Assembly (NCBI GenBank): GCA_012800565.1
Contig: JAAZIZ010000364.1
Coordinates: 1 to 36,449 of the forward strand
Direction of reading: 5' to 3'
Length of the DNA stretch: 36,449 nt
Origin: Lentisphaerota bacterium
GTDB lineage: Bacteria > Verrucomicrobiota > Lentisphaeria > Oligosphaerales > Oligosphaeraceae
Made by a program: the position numbers and the translations under genes. The notes under the pieces were generated by a model that ran no database searches, was not told the DNA's origin, and saw only the letters and a program-made list of their open reading frames with translations. Shown here piece after piece: positions 33,428 through 36,449 of this stretch (positions are counted from its first letter, which is position 1; every line of letters begins with the position of its first letter).

Positions 33428-34825
33428 ATGAAGAAAGGTCCGAAAGTTGTCGTTATCGGTGCTGGCAGTTATTTTTTTGGCCGCCCGGTCATTTACAATA
33501 TGGTCAGCAGTCCGATTTTGCGTCAAGGCACTCTGGCTCTGGTAGACATCAATCCGGAGACCTTGTCGACCATGCTCAAGCTGGGGCAGCTGGCCAAGGA
33601 TTATGCAGGGGCACAGCAGCTGGAAATCATCGGCTCTACCGACCGGCGGGAAGTCATGCAGGATGCTGACTTCGTGGTCAACTCTTTCTCCTACCGCAAT
33701 ACCTATTACCGCGGCTTGGATACCAGGATCGCAGCCCGCTACGGCATCCGGATGTGTTCCAGCGACACCATCGGCCCCGGAGGCATCTTCCGGGCGCTGC
33801 GCGAGCTGCCGGAAGTGCTGCGCATCGCCAAGGATATGCACGAACTGGCACCGGCGGCCTGGATGATCAATTTTGTCAATCCGACCTCGGTGCTGGGCAT
33901 CGGCCTGATGCGTTATGCTCCACAAATCAAGAGCTTTGCGCTCTGTGACGGCAATCACATGCCGTATGTCCGCGCCCATTTCATGCGCATCACTGGTGTG
34001 CATCAGTTTTCGGCGGATGACCACTTTCCAGTCCCGCCCCCGGAAAAAGACAGCAAGTTCGTCCTGAACATCGCAGGAGTAAACCACTGCACTTGGATCA
34101 TCAAATGCTCATATGACGGGCAGGACCTGATGCCCAAACTGCGGGAGTACCTGCACCAGAAAGCGCTTGAGGAATATACTGTCCCGCCTAATACCAAAGC
34201 CAAACCGCGCCTGAATTTCAATTATGCAGAGCAGCTGATGGACATCTATGGCGCATATCCTACTGCTACCAGCCATACCAAAGAGTATGTGCCCTTTTTT
34301 CAAGGCTACGGCGTATCGCCGGTGATTCCGGAGCCACTGATCACCTTTGATGCTTTCAACCGGGCCGAGGAGATGGCCGCCGCCTGGCAGAAGACAACTG
34401 AGCTGGCTGATGGCAAGCAGCCGATTGCCGAATTCTTCCAGCATGGTCACGGAGACCACGCTACTGATATCATTGAATCAATGTGGGGCAATCTGGGCAA
34501 GCAGTTCTACATCAACTGCCCGAACCGCAATGCTGTAGAAAATCTGCCCCCGGACGCATTCCTGGAACTGCTGTGCGATTTGGACATGAACGGGCCGCGC
34601 CCGCGTCCGGTCGGCTCACTGCCACGCGGCATTCTCGGCCTGACCCAGCAGATTCTCGACACGCACGAACTAACCGCCCAGGCGGCAGTGACCTGCGACC
34701 GGCAGCTGCTGCTGCGGGCAATGATGACCGACCCGCTGGTAAACAATATCGGCGATGCCAAGAATATCATAGCAGAGCTGCTGCAAGGTGAACGCGAGCA
34801 TCTGCCCCAGGAATGGTTCGACTGA
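33428..34825 (+). CDS. Glycoside hydrolase family 4 (NAD+/Mn2+-dependent alpha-glucosidase/alpha-galactosidase type)
   Basis: The N-terminal Rossmann segment is KVVVIGAGSYFFG, and INFVNPTS and a CDGNH-region are present. The 465-aa length is typical of GH4. There is no signal peptide. Confidence 0.78.
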   Translation: MKKGPKVVVIGAGSYFFGRPVIYNMVSSPILRQGTLALVDINPETLSTMLKLGQLAKDYAGAQQLEIIGSTDRREVMQDADFVVNSFSYRNTYYRGLDTRIAARYGIRMCSSDTIGPGGIFRALRELPEVLRIAKDMHELAPAAWMINFVNPTSVLGIGLMRYAPQIKSFALCDGNHMPYVRAHFMRITGVHQFSADDHFPVPPPEKDSKFVLNIAGVNHCTWIIKCSYDGQDLMPKLREYLHQKALEEYTVPPNTKAKPRLNFNYAEQLMDIYGAYPTATSHTKEYVPFFQGYGVSPVIPEPLITFDAFNRAEEMAAAWQKTTELADGKQPIAEFFQHGHGDHATDIIESMWGNLGKQFYINCPNRNAVENLPPDAFLELLCDLDMNGPRPRPVGSLPRGILGLTQQILDTHELTAQAAVTCDRQLLLRAMMTDPLVNNIGDAKNIIAELLQGEREHLPQEWFD

Positions 34826-34890
34826 TCCGCAGAAAAAGCTAGTACATTATTGCAAATAATTCCGGACAAAAATCAGCAAGTGAGATCAGG

Positions 34891-36300
34891 ATGGACAAAT
34901 TAACGAAGATTGCTGAGGTCACGGCGGTGTCCTCAACAGCGGTGAAGACCTCGAAAATCGGCATCGGTTTTGAGAAGCTCGACCGCGGGGTGTTCGACCC
35001 CAGCAAGGCCTATGACAAAGTCGCGGCCATCGGCGTGAAGTGGATTCGGCTGCAATCCGGCTGGGCACGGACAGAGAAAAGCAAAGGCGTCTATGATTTC
35101 GCCTGGCTGGACGACATTGTGGATAACCTTTGCCGGCGTGGTCTGCAGCCCTGGCTTTGCCTCTGTTATGGCAATGGCCTCTACGATGAGGAAGCTGCGA
35201 AAGTCTTTGGTGCCGTAGGTTGTCCGCCCATCAAGACCGCCGAACAGAAGCAGGCGTGGCACAACTACGTAGTTGCCGTCACTAAACGCTACCAGGGGCG
35301 CATTGGCTGGTACGAAGTGTGGAATGAGCCCGACGGCAAGTGGTGCTGGAAGCACGGCGTCAACGGCACAGAATACGGCGAGTTCGTCAAAGCAACGGCA
35401 GCGGCCATCAAGGCCGGCGATTCCAACGCCAAAGTAATCGGCGGGTCGATGTGCCTGATGGGGCTGGGCTGGCTCAATGACGTCCTGCAGACCGGTGCCG
35501 GCGAGTGCATGGACGCCTTGACCTACCATAGCTACAGCCCGGACGAAGTCGGCGGCTTTGAGCGCGTGCGCAGCCTCCGGGCTGTCTGTCACGCTTTTAA
35601 TCCGCGCATGGCGATCATCCAGGGCGAGACCGGTACGCAGTCCCGCGATGACGGAGCTGGCGCGCTGCACGGCGGAGCCTGGACGCCCCGGCGGCAGGCC
35701 AAGTTCCTCGCGCGCCACACCATGGCGGACCTTTTCGCCGACGTCATGTTCTCGTCGTACTTCTCCTGCATGGATATGATCGAGGCCCTGAATGGCGTGG
35801 TCGGCGACAAGTCCACCTACTTGGATTACGGTTACTTCGGCGTTCTCGGTGCAGATTTTGACGAAAATGGCGTTGCCACCGGCGAGTACACGCCGAAGCC
35901 GTCGTATCGGGCTTTGCAGACCATTGCCGCGATCTTCCGGGAGGACGTCAAACTGGCCGAGTTGCCGTTGCAGTTCAGCGTGGACAAGGGCAGCCGACGT
36001 ATATTGCGTGGCGACGACTCGTTCAAGGATTTGCTGTATCGCGGCTTCCGCAAGGGCAATGGCTCAGCGGGCCTGGTGTACTGGCGCCCCACCGAGTTAC
36101 TGACTACCAGCTACGAATCGACCGTGTCGTTGGAAGTCGTGAAGCTCCCGGAGCAGGTCCGCCTGGTCGATCTGGTTGACGGCTCCATCTACGCGCTACC
36201 GCCGGGAATGGTCGAGGACAACGGCCGTGGCCTGCGCAGTTTCTTGCACCTGCCCCTGCGCGACTACCCATTGCTGCTCGCTTTCGGTGATTTCATCTGA
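34891..36300 (+). CDS. Clan GH-A (beta/alpha)8 glycoside hydrolase, GH39/GH5-like
   Basis: The acid/base motif is WYEVWNEPD, the candidate nucleophile is in IIQGETG, and TYHSY is also present. There is no signal peptide. The family assignment is tentative. Confidence 0.6.
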   Translation: MDKLTKIAEVTAVSSTAVKTSKIGIGFEKLDRGVFDPSKAYDKVAAIGVKWIRLQSGWARTEKSKGVYDFAWLDDIVDNLCRRGLQPWLCLCYGNGLYDEEAAKVFGAVGCPPIKTAEQKQAWHNYVVAVTKRYQGRIGWYEVWNEPDGKWCWKHGVNGTEYGEFVKATAAAIKAGDSNAKVIGGSMCLMGLGWLNDVLQTGAGECMDALTYHSYSPDEVGGFERVRSLRAVCHAFNPRMAIIQGETGTQSRDDGAGALHGGAWTPRRQAKFLARHTMADLFADVMFSSYFSCMDMIEALNGVVGDKSTYLDYGYFGVLGADFDENGVATGEYTPKPSYRALQTIAAIFREDVKLAELPLQFSVDKGSRRILRGDDSFKDLLYRGFRKGNGSAGLVYWRPTELLTTSYESTVSLEVVKLPEQVRLVDLVDGSIYALPPGMVEDNGRGLRSFLHLPLRDYPLLLAFGDFI

Positions 36301-36345
36301 GCGCCAGCAGAAGAAAGCTCTCCGGTGCATAGGGATAACGAAAAC

Positions 36346-36381
36346 AAGCCGCTTGATGCATTTACTTACATCAAGCGGCTT
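36346..36381. terminator. 13-bp hairpin between the GH gene and tRNA-Gly, probable terminator (best U-tract on the minus strand)
   Basis: AAGCCGCTTGATG (36346-36358) pairs perfectly with CATCAAGCGGCTT (36369-36381) around a 10-nt loop. On the minus strand it is followed by GTTTTCGTT, on the plus strand by GATAATT. Confidence 0.55.
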
Positions 36382-36387
36382 GATAAT

Positions 36388-36449
36388 TGGAGCGGGTGAT
36401 GGGAATCGAACCCACATCGTCGGCTTGGAAGGCCGAAGCATTACCACTA
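36388..36449 (-). tRNA. tRNA-Gly, anticodon UCC, truncated by the window edge (5' part missing)
   Basis: The reverse complement is TAGTGGTAATGCTTCGGCCTTCCAAGCCGACGATGTGGGTTCGATTCCCATCACCCGCTCCA. It has the anticodon loop CTTCCAA, the T loop TTCGATT, discriminator U and an encoded CCA. Confidence 0.88.

Overview
This is a gene-dense, moderately GC-rich bacterial chromosomal segment with about 32 protein genes and 3 tRNA genes. I saw no integrase, transposase, phage gene, CRISPR array, toxin-antitoxin pair or recognisable defence gene, so it reads as core chromosome rather than an accessory island.

Layout:
- 1-570: a divergent pair of tRNA-Val genes (CAC and UAC), each with a plausible promoter and terminator.
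- 571-3598, minus strand: a three-gene sugar-type cassette (TIM-barrel protein, Gfo/Idh/MocA oxidoreductase, Amidohydrolase_2 hydrolase).
- 4011-17966, plus strand: a tightly packed block. It holds a 1276-aa secreted DUF3857/transglutaminase-like protein, a YheT-type hydrolase, a cytidylate-kinase-like/BON fusion, fabI, argD, an oxidoreductase, a small lipoprotein, rlmI, an esterase, a universal stress protein, an orphan carrier protein, a zinc-ribbon Ser/Thr kinase and ruvC.
- 18023-27840, minus strand: an M20 amidohydrolase, a complete rnfABCDGE operon and a 1007-aa Fkp-type fucokinase/GDP-fucose pyrophosphorylase.
- 28158-36300, plus strand: coaE, a rho with a roughly 235-aa N-terminal extension, a small zinc-ribbon/polyacidic protein, a ParE-type topoisomerase B subunit, a GH4 hydrolase and a clan GH-A hydrolase.
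- 36388-36449: a truncated tRNA-Gly(UCC).

The gene content (Rnf, Fkp, cytoplasmic glycosidases, short ParE, extended Rho) suggests an anaerobic glycan-degrading organism, possibly from the PVC or Bacteroidota-like groups. I cannot confirm that without a database search.

I did not find a clear-cut novel system. The best candidates for follow-up are:
1. The zinc-ribbon polyacidic protein between rho and parE.
2. The USP / orphan carrier protein / zinc-ribbon kinase trio.
3. The internally duplicated transglutaminase-like giant, which has one intact and one dead catalytic triad.
4. Three long intergenic regions with exactly phased short repeats and possible Cys-containing micro-ORFs.

All family assignments come from motif recognition by eye, not from searches.
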